From NCBI GenBank assembly GCA_013359235.1, contig JABWCE010000004.1:18931-82930 (forward strand): 64,000 bases of DNA, in the 5' to 3' direction. A program made the translations under genes and the position numbers. Below are positions 50,173 through 61,916 of the stretch, piece by piece. Under the pieces are notes generated by a model. It worked only from the letters and a program-made list of their open reading frames with translations, ran no database searches and had not been told where the DNA came from. The first letter of the stretch is position 1, and every line of letters starts with the position of its first letter. Source of the DNA: Bacteroidota bacterium. GTDB taxonomy: Bacteria; Bacteroidota; Bacteroidia; NS11-12g; UBA9320.

Positions 50173-50739
50173 ATGCAATCAGTTAATAGATGTACTTGGT
50201 GCGAAAAAGATGAATTATACCGCAGCTATCACGATAACGAATGGGGAAAGCCATCTTTTAATGATAAATATCTTTTCGAGCATTTGATTTTAGAAACCTT
50301 TCAGGCGGGCTTGAGTTGGTACACAATATTAGCTAAGAGACAACATTTTAGAGATGCTTTTGATAATTTTGATGCTGAAAAAATAATGAATTACGATGAT
50401 AACAAAATTGCCGAACTACTTCAAAACCCACTGATAATAAGAAGTGCCGGAAAAATAAAAGCAGCAGTAAATAATTCAGAAAAATACCTTGAATGTGTTA
50501 AAGAATTTGGAAGTTTTTCTAAATACATTTGGCAATTTACCGATAATAAAATTATATACAACAATTGGAAAAATTTAAAAGATTTACCATCAAAAACTGC
50601 CGAAAGCGACAAAATGAGCAATGATATGAAAAAAAGAGGTTTTAAATTTATCGGCAGTATTAGTTGTTACGCTTTTATGCAATCGGTAGGAATGGTAAAT
50701 GATCATTTAATTTCATGTTTTTTGTATCATAAAAAGTAA
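50173..50739 (+). CDS. tag: DNA-3-methyladenine glycosylase I
   Basis: RC.W, YHDNEWG, LE.FQAGLSW, GFKF.G, G.VNDH...C. Confidence 0.95.
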   Translation: MQSVNRCTWCEKDELYRSYHDNEWGKPSFNDKYLFEHLILETFQAGLSWYTILAKRQHFRDAFDNFDAEKIMNYDDNKIAELLQNPLIIRSAGKIKAAVNNSEKYLECVKEFGSFSKYIWQFTDNKIIYNNWKNLKDLPSKTAESDKMSNDMKKRGFKFIGSISCYAFMQSVGMVNDHLISCFLYHKK

Positions 50740-50783
50740 AATTGTTTGTAACAAAACTTCCTTTTTTTAGTTTTAAGTAATAA

Positions 50784-51506
50784 TTGAATTATCTAAAAAC
50801 ATTCATCAGTAAATTGTTCAAACATTTCTATTTTAGAGTGTTTGTGTTGTTGTTTGGATTGGTTTTTAGTCAACCGGTTTTTTCACAAAACATCAAACTA
50901 AAAGCTTGGCTTATGGATAACGACAGTTTTACTAAAATTTCGTTTGCTGTGGTGAGTATAAAAGGTAAAACAATTGCCACTTCAACAGACGAAAGAGGAT
51001 ATTTTGAAATAGACTGCTCATTAAAAGACACTTTGATTTTAAGACATGTAAGCTATGAACTGAAAAAAATTGCTTTGAAAAACGTTTTTGATACTTTGCA
51101 AAAACAATTGAAAATATATATGACTAAAAAAGAAAATACATTTTCACAGGTTACAATAAATGGCAATAAATTATCAAAAGAAAAGAAGGAAGAATATAAA
51201 AAACACATTGATAGATATAGACCAACGTTAAAAAGCCCTATAAGTTTAATTTATGAAGGAATTAGCCGTAAGGGTAAAGAGAGAAAAAAAATGGATGAAA
51301 TATATTCTCAATTATTGCTCAAAGACGCTATTGAGCAGCGTTTGCAACCTCGTAAATTGTTTATGATTACAAATGATCGTTCAGTCACAATTGACGATTT
51401 GTTAATAATTTGCCCTGTAACTGCTGAATTTGTAAAAAATGCCTCAGACTACGATTTTTATTACCATTTCAGCAAATGTTGGGCTTGGTATCAAAAAAAC
51501 CATTAA
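50784..51506 (+). CDS. carboxypeptidase-regulatory-like domain exported protein
   Basis: Signal peptide; TDERGYF.I...DTL...HVSY pattern; SPIS.IY...S..GK. Confidence 0.7.
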   Translation: MNYLKTFISKLFKHFYFRVFVLLFGLVFSQPVFSQNIKLKAWLMDNDSFTKISFAVVSIKGKTIATSTDERGYFEIDCSLKDTLILRHVSYELKKIALKNVFDTLQKQLKIYMTKKENTFSQVTINGNKLSKEKKEEYKKHIDRYRPTLKSPISLIYEGISRKGKERKKMDEIYSQLLLKDAIEQRLQPRKLFMITNDRSVTIDDLLIICPVTAEFVKNASDYDFYYHFSKCWAWYQKNH

Positions 51507-51550
51507 CTCAATTATTCAAATTTTATTAGAGAAATTAAAAAAAAATAAAT

Positions 51551-52096
51551 TTAGTTATTATTTTTTCCCAAAGCCTTTAGAATAGTTAAAATATTGCGAT
51601 AATTTCTTGCAAAGTCAATTATTAAAAGTATCGAAGATGGCTTGCTTTCAATATTTATTTGAATATTTTCTTTGTTTGAAAAATTGTAATCTATTTTGAT
51701 TTTATCTTTTAAAATCAAATTATTTTTGATAAAAAAAACACAATTTTTGTCTTCATTCAAAAATTTCCAATTTTTGTTTTTTAAAATATTTGAAATAAAA
51801 TCTTCTTTTTTGTTAAGATTTTTATTTGAAATATTTACAGAAATTTTTTGATGAGGTTTTAAATAATTTTTCAAATCAAAATGACTGAAACCTTCAAAAG
51901 CAAAGGCATTGAGCATTACAATAGGCAAACCTACTGCAATTGACAAAAACAAAATTCTGATAATTGCAATTTTGTTTGAATCAAAATCTGAAAGAAATAA
52001 AAAAGTGAGGTATATCAAGGGAAAGAATACGCATATCAACAGCAAATACTGGAAAAATATAGCAGAAAGTTTGAAGAAAAAACTGTTTGGATTCAA
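51551..52096 (-). CDS. hypothetical membrane protein
   Basis: 181-aa ORF with two N-terminal TM helices, co-oriented 20 nt after the Do protease. Confidence 0.6.
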   Translation of the reverse strand: MNPNSFFFKLSAIFFQYLLLICVFFPLIYLTFLFLSDFDSNKIAIIRILFLSIAVGLPIVMLNAFAFEGFSHFDLKNYLKPHQKISVNISNKNLNKKEDFISNILKNKNWKFLNEDKNCVFFIKNNLILKDKIKIDYNFSNKENIQINIESKPSSILLIIDFARNYRNILTILKALGKNNN

Positions 52097-52115
52097 TTTT
52101 ATTTTTTCTGCAAAA

Positions 52116-53594
52116 CTATTCTTTTTCTTTTATTCTTACAGCAAAAGCATCTTTTGTGCCATCAGGCATTACCCCTTCAAAAAGTATCGAACCGCTTTTG
52201 TCTTTCAACATCTGCACTACATCTTTAACATTATATACAGGTTTTTTATCAATCGAAGTTATAATAAAACCTTCGGGAATTCCTTTGTCTTTGAGCGGGC
52301 TTTTTGCAAGTTTTGAAATTTTTACTCCATTCTGAATTTTAAACTTGCTTTTTTCTTCTTTGGTAATATTCTCAAAAGTAGCTCCTAAAGCAGATTTGGT
52401 TTCTATTTTAGCAGTTGATTCTATTTCAGACTTACCATCTTTTGAACGCAATGTTACTTCAATTTCTTTGTTTGTGTTATTCCTTTTAATCAAAAGTTTA
52501 ACTTTATCTCCGGGATAATATCTGCTTATTTGTTCTTGCAAGTTTGATGATGAATTAACTTCAACATCATTAATTTTTAAAATCACATCACCTTTTTTAA
52601 GACCAGCTTTATCAGCGGCACTTCCTTCAACAACTTCGGGAATAAAAACACCTCTGATTTCTTTTAAACCTTCTTTTTCTGCTAATTCGGCAGTTACATC
52701 CTGTATCCTAACTCCCAGAATAGCTCTTTTCACTTCACCATATTTTTTTATATCATCAAGTACTTTTTTTACAATATTTACGGGTATAGCAAACGAATAT
52801 CCCGAATAGCTTCCTGTTTGCGAAGCAATAGCTGTATTTATACCTATTAGTTCGCCATTTACATTAACTAAAGCTCCTCCACTGTTTCCAGGGTTTACAG
52901 CTGCATCTGTCTGAATAAAATTTTCAATGGCATATTCAGTATTTTGCCTGAGTAAATTAATATTTCTTCCCTTTGCACTAATAATTCCGGCAGTAACAGT
53001 TGAAGTTAAGTTAAAAGGATTTCCAACAGCTATTACCCATTCTCCAACTCTAATATTATCTGAATTGCCGAATGATAGAAACGGAAGATTTGATTCATCA
53101 ATTTTTAATAATGCAAGATCGGTTTCGGGGTCAGTACCTACTACTTCTGCTATATAAGTTCTTTTATCATTCAAAGTAACCTCAACTTTTGACGAATTTT
53201 CTACTACGTGGTTGTTTGTAGCTATATAGCCGTCAGGTGTGAGAATTACACCCGACCCTGTAGCTTCTTGTGGTTGTTGGGGAAAACCTTTGTCGTGAAA
53301 AAAATCGAAGGGGTCAAAAAATCTTTCATCTTCATTTTTGTTACTTGAATTATCTCCATATTTGGTTTTTATATGCACTACTGTATGAACTGCTTTTTCA
53401 GAAACATTTACAAAATCAACATTTGGAATTGAGTTTACTTTTACAGCATTTGATGTGTAAGCATTTTGAATATCAGAAATAGATAAATTACTTGTATCTT
53501 TTCTAAAAAAGTGATTAATACCTAAAGCAACCAAACCTCCTACAACAGCGATTGATAAAATAATTAGTGATTTTAAAATTGTTTTTTTGTTCAT
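52116..53594 (-). CDS. Do family (DegP/DegQ) serine endopeptidase
   Basis: TNNHVV, DLAL, IQTDAAVNPGNSGG triad motifs and two PDZ domains; N-terminal TM/signal. Confidence 0.95.
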   Translation of the reverse strand: MNKKTILKSLIILSIAVVGGLVALGINHFFRKDTSNLSISDIQNAYTSNAVKVNSIPNVDFVNVSEKAVHTVVHIKTKYGDNSSNKNEDERFFDPFDFFHDKGFPQQPQEATGSGVILTPDGYIATNNHVVENSSKVEVTLNDKRTYIAEVVGTDPETDLALLKIDESNLPFLSFGNSDNIRVGEWVIAVGNPFNLTSTVTAGIISAKGRNINLLRQNTEYAIENFIQTDAAVNPGNSGGALVNVNGELIGINTAIASQTGSYSGYSFAIPVNIVKKVLDDIKKYGEVKRAILGVRIQDVTAELAEKEGLKEIRGVFIPEVVEGSAADKAGLKKGDVILKINDVEVNSSSNLQEQISRYYPGDKVKLLIKRNNTNKEIEVTLRSKDGKSEIESTAKIETKSALGATFENITKEEKSKFKIQNGVKISKLAKSPLKDKGIPEGFIITSIDKKPVYNVKDVVQMLKDKSGSILFEGVMPDGTKDAFAVRIKEKE

Positions 53595-53734
53595 TTTTAT
53601 ATCAATTTAATTTAAATTTTAATTTTACAAACAAAATGCCAAAGTTAAAAATGGCAGTTGTGTAAAAATAATAATTCGTTAAAAATTCTTTATCAAAAAA
53701 AACGAAAATGTTTAAAAAATTATATAACTTCATT

Positions 53735-53742
53735 TACCTTTG
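53735..53742 (+). promoter_or_regulatory. -7 promoter element (TACCTTTG); divergent partner TAACTTTG at 53640-53647 on the minus strand
   Basis: TAnnTTTG matches facing each divergent gene. Confidence 0.55.
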
Positions 53743-53770
53743 TCGATTAATCATTATAAACTCTCTATAA

Positions 53771-54334
53771 ATGTTCGGACTGGGATTTAATTCCGACAGT
53801 GACTTGGTAAAGGAAATAAAACGAGGCAACGAAAAAGCCTTGATTATCCTTTATAAGCAAAATATTAATAGTATAAAAAAATTTGTTTTGAACAACAACG
53901 GAAGTATCGAAGAAGCACAGGATGTATTGCAAGACACACTTATTGCAGTGTGGCAAAATGTAGCAAAACCTGACTTTTTGCTGAATGCAAAACTCAGCAC
54001 TTACGTATTTTCAATTGCAAAAAATCAATGGTACAAACAACTTAAACGTAAAACACGCTTTAAGGTGGTTGACGAATCGGCAAGTGAGAATTTTAAAGCC
54101 GAAGAAACTCCATTGAAATACGACTCAAAAATAGTTTGCGAATATGTCAACAGATTAGATGAAACATGTAGAAGATTGCTTATGTATTTTTATTTTGATG
54201 GTTTAGACATGAACACAATTGCAGAACAAATGGGTTTTGCTAATTCTGACACTGTAAAATCTAAAAAATACCAATGTTTCAAAAAACTTGAATCAGCAGT
54301 AAAAGAACATTTCGAAAAAGATGACTTTATTTAA
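53771..54334 (+). CDS. ECF RNA polymerase sigma factor
   Basis: EEA.DV.QD.L..VW, LSTY.FSIAKN.W, L.E.C..LL.YFY...M..IA..MG..N..T.K.KKY.C. Confidence 0.9.
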   Translation: MFGLGFNSDSDLVKEIKRGNEKALIILYKQNINSIKKFVLNNNGSIEEAQDVLQDTLIAVWQNVAKPDFLLNAKLSTYVFSIAKNQWYKQLKRKTRFKVVDESASENFKAEETPLKYDSKIVCEYVNRLDETCRRLLMYFYFDGLDMNTIAEQMGFANSDTVKSKKYQCFKKLESAVKEHFEKDDFI

Positions 54335-54345
54335 AAAAAAATTAA

Positions 54346-55329
54346 ATGAAAAAAGATATCGAAAGAGTTTACTTAATTGACAGGTACTTAAAAGGCGAAT
54401 TATCAGGCTTGGCACTTGATGAGTTTAAAAGCAAGTTAAAAAATGATAAAGAATTTTTTGCAGAAGTAGAAACCCAAAAAGCTATAATTGAAGGTATAAA
54501 ACTTGCACGCAAAGAAGAATTGTACGCTTTGCTCAGAGGCGAAAAACAATTGAGTTCACGTATTGTGAAATCCCAAGAACAAGAACAAAGGGTAACTGAT
54601 GATACAATAGCCGAAAATGTTGCCCAAAAACATGAAAACGATTATACCAAAGTATATAAACTGAAACCAAATTACAATAATTGGTTTTATGCTGCAGTAG
54701 CCGTTCTGCTCACTCCTTTCATATTTTATTTTGTGTTTATATATTTCATAAAAGATAATTCTGAAAATTTAAGCCAAAATGAAACTCAAACCCAACAAAT
54801 TTATGCAGACGACAGCCAAACAAACCAGTCAGATAATGTAATTTCAGAAAATGAAATACCTGTTGTTAAACCCAAAGATTCAACTTCTAAAAATTCAGAA
54901 GTTTTGGCACAGAATGTGGATAGTAATCAAAATTTAAAAATTGAAAAAGACAAGAAATTAGACGAGAGTAATTTTTCAGTTGCAAATTTTCAATCTATAG
55001 AGCCAGTAAACCACAATGAAAATAATAATGTATCAAACCAAAATGGTGAAAATTCATTAAATATAAGCACAACGAAAAAACTAACCAATACATCAATAAA
55101 AGTTGAATACTGGCAGTCGGTTGTAAATTTTAAAGGTTACAAATTAGAAGGTAATAATTTGAAACTTTTTGGTGTTAAACCCACCGAAAAAATAAGTCTT
55201 AAAATATTAGATAATAATATTTACCTAAAGAAAAATGGCGATTATTACAAGCTTGAGCAAAGCGGCGATTTTGAACAGTACACAAAAGAAGTAAACAGAG
55301 AAACAATAAAAATACTCGACTCAAATTGA
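54346..55329 (+). CDS. putative anti-sigma membrane protein
   Basis: LIDRYL.GEL.....EF...L..D.EF..EV N-terminal pattern, single TM, N/Q-rich linker; follows the sigma gene. Confidence 0.7.
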   Translation: MKKDIERVYLIDRYLKGELSGLALDEFKSKLKNDKEFFAEVETQKAIIEGIKLARKEELYALLRGEKQLSSRIVKSQEQEQRVTDDTIAENVAQKHENDYTKVYKLKPNYNNWFYAAVAVLLTPFIFYFVFIYFIKDNSENLSQNETQTQQIYADDSQTNQSDNVISENEIPVVKPKDSTSKNSEVLAQNVDSNQNLKIEKDKKLDESNFSVANFQSIEPVNHNENNNVSNQNGENSLNISTTKKLTNTSIKVEYWQSVVNFKGYKLEGNNLKLFGVKPTEKISLKILDNNIYLKKNGDYYKLEQSGDFEQYTKEVNRETIKILDSN

Positions 55330-56141
55330 AGATAGAATTTTCAAAATATCAAGGAACAGGAAACGATTTTATAATAATAAACAATTTTGAAAATTCAATT
55401 AACCATAATTCTAATCTTGCTATAAAACTATGCAACAGACATTTCGGTATTGGCTCTGACGGGTTGATTATAATAGAAAAACACAAAAAATTTGATTTCG
55501 ATATGGTTTTTTATAACCCTGATGGAAACCAAAGTTTTTGTGGTAACGGGAGCAGATGTGCCGTAAAATATGCTTTTGACAATAATATTATCAATAATTT
55601 AGATACCATTTTTAACTCAACAGACGGAGTTCACAAAGGAAATATCTCAAACAAAATAATTGAAATTGAAATGAAAAACCCTCAGTTTTTGAAAATTCCA
55701 ATAAAAATTGATGAAAAGATAATATATGCCGACCTTATAAATACTGGTTCGCCCCATTTGATTTTGCACTATAAAACAATTGAAGAAATAGAATTGCTAA
55801 ACGTACCCCAAACCGGGGCAAAATGGAGATACACAAAAGAATTTGCCGAAAAAGGAGGTGTAAATGTAAATTTTATAAGTGAAATTGATAATTCAAAAAT
55901 ATACTTGAGAACTTACGAAAGAGGAGTTGAAAATGAAACTTTAAGCTGCGGAACGGGTGTTACTGCAGCAGCTATTAGCTATCATTCAAAATGTTTAAAA
56001 AACATTATGAAAAACAATATAGAAGTAAAAACACTTGGAGGTATATTGAATGTAAAATTTGACTATACTGAAAACCTATACGAAAATATAAGACTTTGCG
56101 GACCTTCAGAATTTGTGTTTTCGGGCAAAATTGATATCTGA
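55326..56141 (+). CDS. dapF: diaminopimelate epimerase
   Basis: KYQGTGNDF, CGNG.RC, TGSPH, ERGVE.ETLSCGTG. Confidence 0.96.
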   Translation: MKIEFSKYQGTGNDFIIINNFENSINHNSNLAIKLCNRHFGIGSDGLIIIEKHKKFDFDMVFYNPDGNQSFCGNGSRCAVKYAFDNNIINNLDTIFNSTDGVHKGNISNKIIEIEMKNPQFLKIPIKIDEKIIYADLINTGSPHLILHYKTIEEIELLNVPQTGAKWRYTKEFAEKGGVNVNFISEIDNSKIYLRTYERGVENETLSCGTGVTAAAISYHSKCLKNIMKNNIEVKTLGGILNVKFDYTENLYENIRLCGPSEFVFSGKIDI

Positions 56142-56248
56142 CAAATAGCAATTTATATTGTATTTTACACTAAAAAATATACTTGTTAAATAATTTTTTT
56201 ACTAAAACTTTTATTTTAGAGAAAAAAACTAATACTTTGTGCTGAAAA

Positions 56249-58936
56249 ATGAGTAGGAGCATAAAGATAATTTTAATATTTCAACTGTTATTTTTTGTTT
56301 CAAAAAATTTAAAATCACAAAATAACGATCGTGAAAATGCAAGTAATTATTTTTATTCACTTTCTGATAACTCGAACCTTGAAGATACAAAAACATCATA
56401 TTTGAGCACTGCAAAAAGCCAAAAACAAAGTTTTGTCATAGATTTTTACAGCACAAGTTTACAAAAAGCAATAAGTCAAAAAAATGTAAAAGACATTGCT
56501 GTGAGCTATTATAACAAGGGTTTATCATATTTTAATGGAGGTGATTTAGAAAATTCATTGATAAATTTGAACAATTGTGTTTCAAATTCTAAAACAAAAG
56601 AATGTGCCAATGTAAAACATTCAGCAATTTATTTAATAGGAGTAATTGAGGGATTGAAGGGTGATTTTACAAGAGGCATTAATAATTTGATAATTTCAAA
56701 AGAGTTTTTTACAAAACACAACAATAAAAAGGGAATTTCTGATTACTATTATTATTCAGGAATACTTAATTTAGAATTTGGTGATTTTGAAAATGCTTTT
56801 GAGAATTTTTTCGAAGCAATAGTTCTCAAAAATGAAATTGGAGATGAAAAAGGTGTAGCCGAAGCAAAACTCAAAATAGCCTCGTATCTAATTTTATTTG
56901 ATAAAAGCCAAGATGCTCAAAATTATGCAAATGATGCAATAGAATATGCCGAAAAAACAACCGACCAACGTATTAAAGCAATGGCACTTAATTATTTGGG
57001 AGAGGCTTTTATAATTGAAAAAAAATATTCAAAAGCAAATTTGTACCTTGTTTCTTCCCAATCAATCAACGAAGAAATAGAAAATAAGTTAGGTTTGATA
57101 CAAAACAAAAATGCACTTGCCAAACTTGCTACCGAAATGAATGAATATAAAATTGCAGAAGAAATTTTAAATTCATCTTTAGATATTCAAACTCAGCTAA
57201 AAAGCAAAATTAACGAAGCATATACTTATTATTTATTTGGTAAATTGTATTATAATTCAAATAAAATTTCACAATCACTTGCTTTTTTAAACAAATCAGA
57301 ATCATTAGCTGAAAAAAGTTCTAAAATTCATGTGAAATATATAGTTTACAAACTTTTTGAAACTATATATACCTCATCAAAAGATTATAAAAACGCCACT
57401 TTGATTAACGAAAAATTGAAAACTATTGAAGAAAAAAACCATGTTTCATCTTCGTATCTTCAATTTTTAAAGCTCGAAAAAACAAGAATAAAAGCCGAAA
57501 AGGATAAAAAAGAAATAGAAAACAAAGCCGAAAACAAATACCAATCAGTTGTTGTAAAATCATCAATTTTCAAACTTTATGCTTTATCAGGTATAATAGT
57601 TGCACTTTTGATAATATTGGGTTTGCTTATTTATCAGGTTATATCAAAGAAAAGAGCTAACGAAGAACTATCAAAAAACAATCAAGTTATTAGCATAAAA
57701 AATGAAGAATTGCGAAGGCTGAACAATCATCTTGAAGAAGCCAGAAGACGTGCTGTGGTTGCAAACGAAGCAAAATCAAATTTTTTGGCAGTTACAAGTC
57801 ATGAAATAAGAACTCCGATGAATGGAATTATAGGAATGTCTTCATTATTATTGGAAACAAATCTTGATGAAGAACAAAGAAAATTTGTAAATAGTATTCA
57901 TAAAAATGGAGAAAACCTATTGGTTATATTGAATGATATCCTTGATTTTTCAAAAATTGAAGCCGGTAAGGTAGATATTGAAGAACAGTCAATTAATTTA
58001 GAAAAACTATTTGATGAAGTATTTACGATTTTCGAAAAACAAGCACAAGACAAAAATATAAATTTAATAAAAGAGATAGAGCCCAATGCTCCAAAGTATA
58101 TAAAAGGAGATATTTTAAGAATAAGGCAGGTTTTGGTAAATCTTGTAAGTAATGCAGTTAAATTTACAGAAAATGGATTTGTGAAAATTAGATTAGAACA
58201 ACTTGAAGAAAGAAACGAAGGTGAAAAAACATTTTCAAAAATAAGGTATTCTGTCATAGACCAAGGAATTGGTATAACTCCCGAAAAGCAAGAAAAAATA
58301 TTTGAATCATTTGAACAAGAAGATTCATCAACCTCACGCAAATTTGGTGGAATTGGGCTTGGTTTAAGTATTTCTAAACGCCTTGTTGAGCTTATGGGAG
58401 GAATGATAGGTTTAAAATCTGAAAAAGGAGCAGGCACTACATTCTATTTTGATTTACTTTCTGAAATTGCTGAAAATATGCAATCAACGGTTGACGAAAA
58501 TAAAGATAAACCCAAAGCAAATGATGAAAAATTGTTAGCCGAAATATGTCCGTTGAGCATTATGGTAGCCGAAGATAATCCATTCAACAAAATGTATATC
58601 GAAAAATTGTTTCACAATTTTGGTTATAATGAGGTTGCATTTGCAGAGAATGGATTTGAAGTTCTATCGCTAATGAAAAGTGGCACTTATGATGTGATTT
58701 TTATGGATATTCAAATGCCTGAAATGGATGGAATAGAAACTACACATAAGATTTTTGAAACATATCCCGAAAATCGCCCATTAATTGTAGCATTAACGGC
58801 TGATGCACAAGGCACAAATGGTGATTATTACATAAATCAGGGCTTTGATGAATATTTAGGCAAACCATTTAAAGCTGATGAACTTAAAAGTATGCTCGAA
58901 AAAATTTGTTCTAAAAAAGAAGCTATTACTACCTAA
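56249..58936 (+). CDS. TPR-sensor hybrid histidine kinase / response regulator
   Basis: Periplasmic TPRs, [30 protein letters not shown]; receiver AEDN...MDIQMP.MDG...KP. Confidence 0.93.
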   Translation: MSRSIKIILIFQLLFFVSKNLKSQNNDRENASNYFYSLSDNSNLEDTKTSYLSTAKSQKQSFVIDFYSTSLQKAISQKNVKDIAVSYYNKGLSYFNGGDLENSLINLNNCVSNSKTKECANVKHSAIYLIGVIEGLKGDFTRGINNLIISKEFFTKHNNKKGISDYYYYSGILNLEFGDFENAFENFFEAIVLKNEIGDEKGVAEAKLKIASYLILFDKSQDAQNYANDAIEYAEKTTDQRIKAMALNYLGEAFIIEKKYSKANLYLVSSQSINEEIENKLGLIQNKNALAKLATEMNEYKIAEEILNSSLDIQTQLKSKINEAYTYYLFGKLYYNSNKISQSLAFLNKSESLAEKSSKIHVKYIVYKLFETIYTSSKDYKNATLINEKLKTIEEKNHVSSSYLQFLKLEKTRIKAEKDKKEIENKAENKYQSVVVKSSIFKLYALSGIIVALLIILGLLIYQVISKKRANEELSKNNQVISIKNEELRRLNNHLEEARRRAVVANEAKSNFLAVTSHEIRTPMNGIIGMSSLLLETNLDEEQRKFVNSIHKNGENLLVILNDILDFSKIEAGKVDIEEQSINLEKLFDEVFTIFEKQAQDKNINLIKEIEPNAPKYIKGDILRIRQVLVNLVSNAVKFTENGFVKIRLEQLEERNEGEKTFSKIRYSVIDQGIGITPEKQEKIFESFEQEDSSTSRKFGGIGLGLSISKRLVELMGGMIGLKSEKGAGTTFYFDLLSEIAENMQSTVDENKDKPKANDEKLLAEICPLSIMVAEDNPFNKMYIEKLFHNFGYNEVAFAENGFEVLSLMKSGTYDVIFMDIQMPEMDGIETTHKIFETYPENRPLIVALTADAQGTNGDYYINQGFDEYLGKPFKADELKSMLEKICSKKEAITT

Positions 58937-60216
58937 AAGTTTCCATTTAATAAACTAATAATTGCTTTCACTTTTATAAAAATTTCTTCATATTCATCTA
59001 TCGGATTTGAATCTATGGTAATAGCACCCCCTGAGTAAAATGCAAGTTTGTTCAGTTCTTTATCATAAAAAGCAGTTCTTATTAATACATTAAAATCAAA
59101 ATCCCCCCAAGGACTTATATAACCTAAAGACCCCGAATACCATTGACGGTTAAAATCTTCAAAATACTCAATTTTCTGCATTGCCGAAATTTTTGGAGCA
59201 CCCGTCATACTGCCCATCGGAAAAGTGGCTTTAATAATTTCTTTTAATCCAATTTCAGCTTTTAATTCTGAACTAATTGTTGAAACCATCTGATGTACCT
59301 GCGAATATGAATATACTCCAAACAATTCATCAACTTTTACACTACCGGGTACTGATACTTTTGCAAGATCATTTCTAACAAGATCAACTATCATTACATT
59401 TTCTGCTCGGTCTTTTATACTGTTCTTTAGTGTGTTTTTGTTTGAAATATCTTCCTTTTCATTTTTGCCACGTGCAATAGTTCCCTTAATTGGCTGAGAT
59501 ATTAATGTTCTGTTTTTTTTAGATAAAAATCTTTCGGGGCTGGCACAAGAAACATATTTTTTACCTGCAGCAAAATACCCTGAAAACGGAGATGGAGAGT
59601 GTTCAGTAAGTTTGTTATAAAATTGAAATGGGTTAAAAAAATCAAAATTTTCATATAAAAATCTTAAACACAAGTTTAACTCGTAAACATTACCATTTAT
59701 TATTTCGTTCTTAATACGGTTAACTTTAGAAATATATGATTTTTTATCAATTTCGGTTTTAATTTTTATTTGGGAGTTTGAATTATAATCTTTTTCAATT
59801 TTTGTTTCACTTATGTTTTTAAAAACTTCTTGTGGATTATTACCGTATATACATACAACGTTTTCATAATCTACAGTTACAACAGTTTCGGGGCTAAAAA
59901 AACACATTTCGTTCCAGCCAAAACACCGTTTGTTTTTTGAATCCAAATTTTCAATTTCATTTTTAAGATTGTATCCAATTACTCCAAAATACCAAGATTT
60001 TGAATTGTAAATCTCATTTAAAAATTCAAGCATATAATTTGATGGTTCAAAAATTTTATTACCTCCAAAAGCTGCGATAATTTTATAATTTCCTATAAAA
60101 AACTGTGGATTAATGTTACAACTGTCAAGTATTACAGATGGGTTGAAACCTGCTGCAAATTGCTTTAATTTTTTTGCAAAAGTGAAATAATCTTCTTGTA
60201 AGCTGAAATTAAGCAA
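58933..60216 (-). CDS. pabB: aminodeoxychorismate synthase component I (anthranilate synthase I family)
   Basis: [40 protein letters not shown]. Confidence 0.85.
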   Translation of the reverse strand: MLNFSLQEDYFTFAKKLKQFAAGFNPSVILDSCNINPQFFIGNYKIIAAFGGNKIFEPSNYMLEFLNEIYNSKSWYFGVIGYNLKNEIENLDSKNKRCFGWNEMCFFSPETVVTVDYENVVCIYGNNPQEVFKNISETKIEKDYNSNSQIKIKTEIDKKSYISKVNRIKNEIINGNVYELNLCLRFLYENFDFFNPFQFYNKLTEHSPSPFSGYFAAGKKYVSCASPERFLSKKNRTLISQPIKGTIARGKNEKEDISNKNTLKNSIKDRAENVMIVDLVRNDLAKVSVPGSVKVDELFGVYSYSQVHQMVSTISSELKAEIGLKEIIKATFPMGSMTGAPKISAMQKIEYFEDFNRQWYSGSLGYISPWGDFDFNVLIRTAFYDKELNKLAFYSGGAITIDSNPIDEYEEIFIKVKAIISLLNGNF

Positions 60217-60242
60217 TTGTGAGTTTTTTTTATTTCATAAAA

Positions 60243-61148
60243 TCAATTTTGCCAAACAGGAATATTGTAATATCCGTTTTCTGAAAACTCTTTGAAAATA
60301 CTCATAACCATTTCTTTATCCTCTTTGTAAGTTACACCATACCATTGGTCGTTTGAAGTCATTACTTTTAATTTGATTGTATGGGTTTTAATTAATTCGT
60401 CAATAATTATCGGGATAAAAAATTCTGATTGTTTTTCACCTTTATTTGAACTTAGAAAGCTTTTAAAACTATTCTTCAAATGCTTAAAAACAGAATTATC
60501 AAAACCCCAGAAATTCATAGACACAACAGATTCTTCGTCAAGTTTTATTTTCTCATTTCCATCATCGAAGAATATTCCATCAGCTTCTCTTTTAATTTTA
60601 GTTCTTTCTTTAATATCGCTTAAAAAGCCATTGCTTGTAATACATACTCCACGGCTTACAAATCCATTTTCCGACAAAGTATTTTTTAATGAATAGCCAA
60701 CCATGCCATATTGCAAAGGCGAAACTTCATTTTTAAGAAAATTATAAATTTGCTTGTAGCTGTCTTTTCCATAATAATCATCAGCATTTATCACAGCAAA
60801 TGGTTCGTTTATCACATTTTCGCAAACAAGTATTGCATGACCTGTACCCCAGGGCTTTTCTCTCAATGGTATTTCAATATCAAAATCTGATATTTTTGTG
60901 TTATGCTCTTGAAAAACGTGATGAACAGTAACAGAATCGGGAATTTTATCACTTATCTTTTCTTTAAATTCTGCCTCAAAACTCTTTCTTATTACAAAAA
61001 CAATTTTTTTAAACCCGGCATCAATTGCATCATGAATAGAATAATCAATTATTGTTTCGCCTGATGGACCAAGCTGGTCAAGTTGTTTAAGACCTCCATA
61101 ACGGCTGCCCATACCTGCTGCTAAAATTACTATTGATGGATTTGTCAT
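60243..61148 (-). CDS. sugar-phosphate nucleotidyltransferase family protein
   Basis: LAAGMGSRYGGLKQ, REKPWGTGHA, NADDYYG, W.GVTY.ED. Confidence 0.85.
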   Translation of the reverse strand: MTNPSIVILAAGMGSRYGGLKQLDQLGPSGETIIDYSIHDAIDAGFKKIVFVIRKSFEAEFKEKISDKIPDSVTVHHVFQEHNTKISDFDIEIPLREKPWGTGHAILVCENVINEPFAVINADDYYGKDSYKQIYNFLKNEVSPLQYGMVGYSLKNTLSENGFVSRGVCITSNGFLSDIKERTKIKREADGIFFDDGNEKIKLDEESVVSMNFWGFDNSVFKHLKNSFKSFLSSNKGEKQSEFFIPIIIDELIKTHTIKLKVMTSNDQWYGVTYKEDKEMVMSIFKEFSENGYYNIPVWQN

Positions 61149-61201
61149 TTATAAAATAAACCGCGATTTAACAATTTTTTAGCCAATTGTGCAACTTTTA
61201 A

Positions 61202-61888
61202 CTATACTTTTAAATATTTAGTCGTTAAAATTTTTATTCCTACGGTGGCTTTTTCTGCAATGTGTACCACATTTTTATTAAATTTGAAATCGGGAATTTT
61301 AGGGTCAATATAATAAACCGGTATTTCAGGATTTGCATAATGAATTAACGAAGCTGCCGGATATACAACCATAGATGTACCAATTATCAAAATGATATCA
61401 GCTTTGCTTACTTCATTAATTGCATTATACATTAGCGGAACTTCTTCACCAAACCAAACTATATGAGGTCTAAGCTGGCTTCCAAGTTCACATAAATCAC
61501 CAATATTCAATTCTTCGCCTATTATGTTGTAAATTAACTCAGAATTTGCAGTACTGCGGCTTTTGCGCAATTCGCCATGTAAGTGAATTACATTTTTCGA
61601 TCCTGCTCTTTCGTGCAAATCATCTACATTTTGTGTAATTACTACAGTATTGTAATTATTTTGCAATTGTGCAATAGCTAAATGTGCATCGTTGGGGATA
61701 GAATTTATCATATTTTTTCTACGCATATTGTAAAAATTGAGTACAAGTTCTTTATCTTTTTGCCAACCTTCAATACTTGCAACTTCCAATATATCGTATC
61801 CTTCCCACAAACCGCCCGAATCTCGAAAAGTACTTATTCCACTCTCGGCACTTACACCTGCTCCCGATAATACAACCAATTTTTTCAT
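61202..61888 (-). CDS. cobB: NAD-dependent protein deacylase (sirtuin)
   Basis: GAGVSAESGI.TFR, TQNVD.LHERAG, HLHG, RP.IVWFGE, GTS..VYPAA. Confidence 0.93.
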   Translation of the reverse strand: MKKLVVLSGAGVSAESGISTFRDSGGLWEGYDILEVASIEGWQKDKELVLNFYNMRRKNMINSIPNDAHLAIAQLQNNYNTVVITQNVDDLHERAGSKNVIHLHGELRKSRSTANSELIYNIIGEELNIGDLCELGSQLRPHIVWFGEEVPLMYNAINEVSKADIILIIGTSMVVYPAASLIHYANPEIPVYYIDPKIPDFKFNKNVVHIAEKATVGIKILTTKYLKV

Positions 61889-61916
61889 TTCATATAAAAT
61901 AATAGAATTATAAAAA

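Noticed and set aside
47918-58936. Short convergent 3' overlaps (meaB/ALDH 47918-47928; kinase/pabB 58933-58936)
   Set aside because: Common in compact genomes; no sign of a regulatory role.
61202-61888. Sirtuin as an anti-phage SIR2 effector
   Set aside because: Canonical short CobB-type deacylase in a housekeeping operon with no defence partners.
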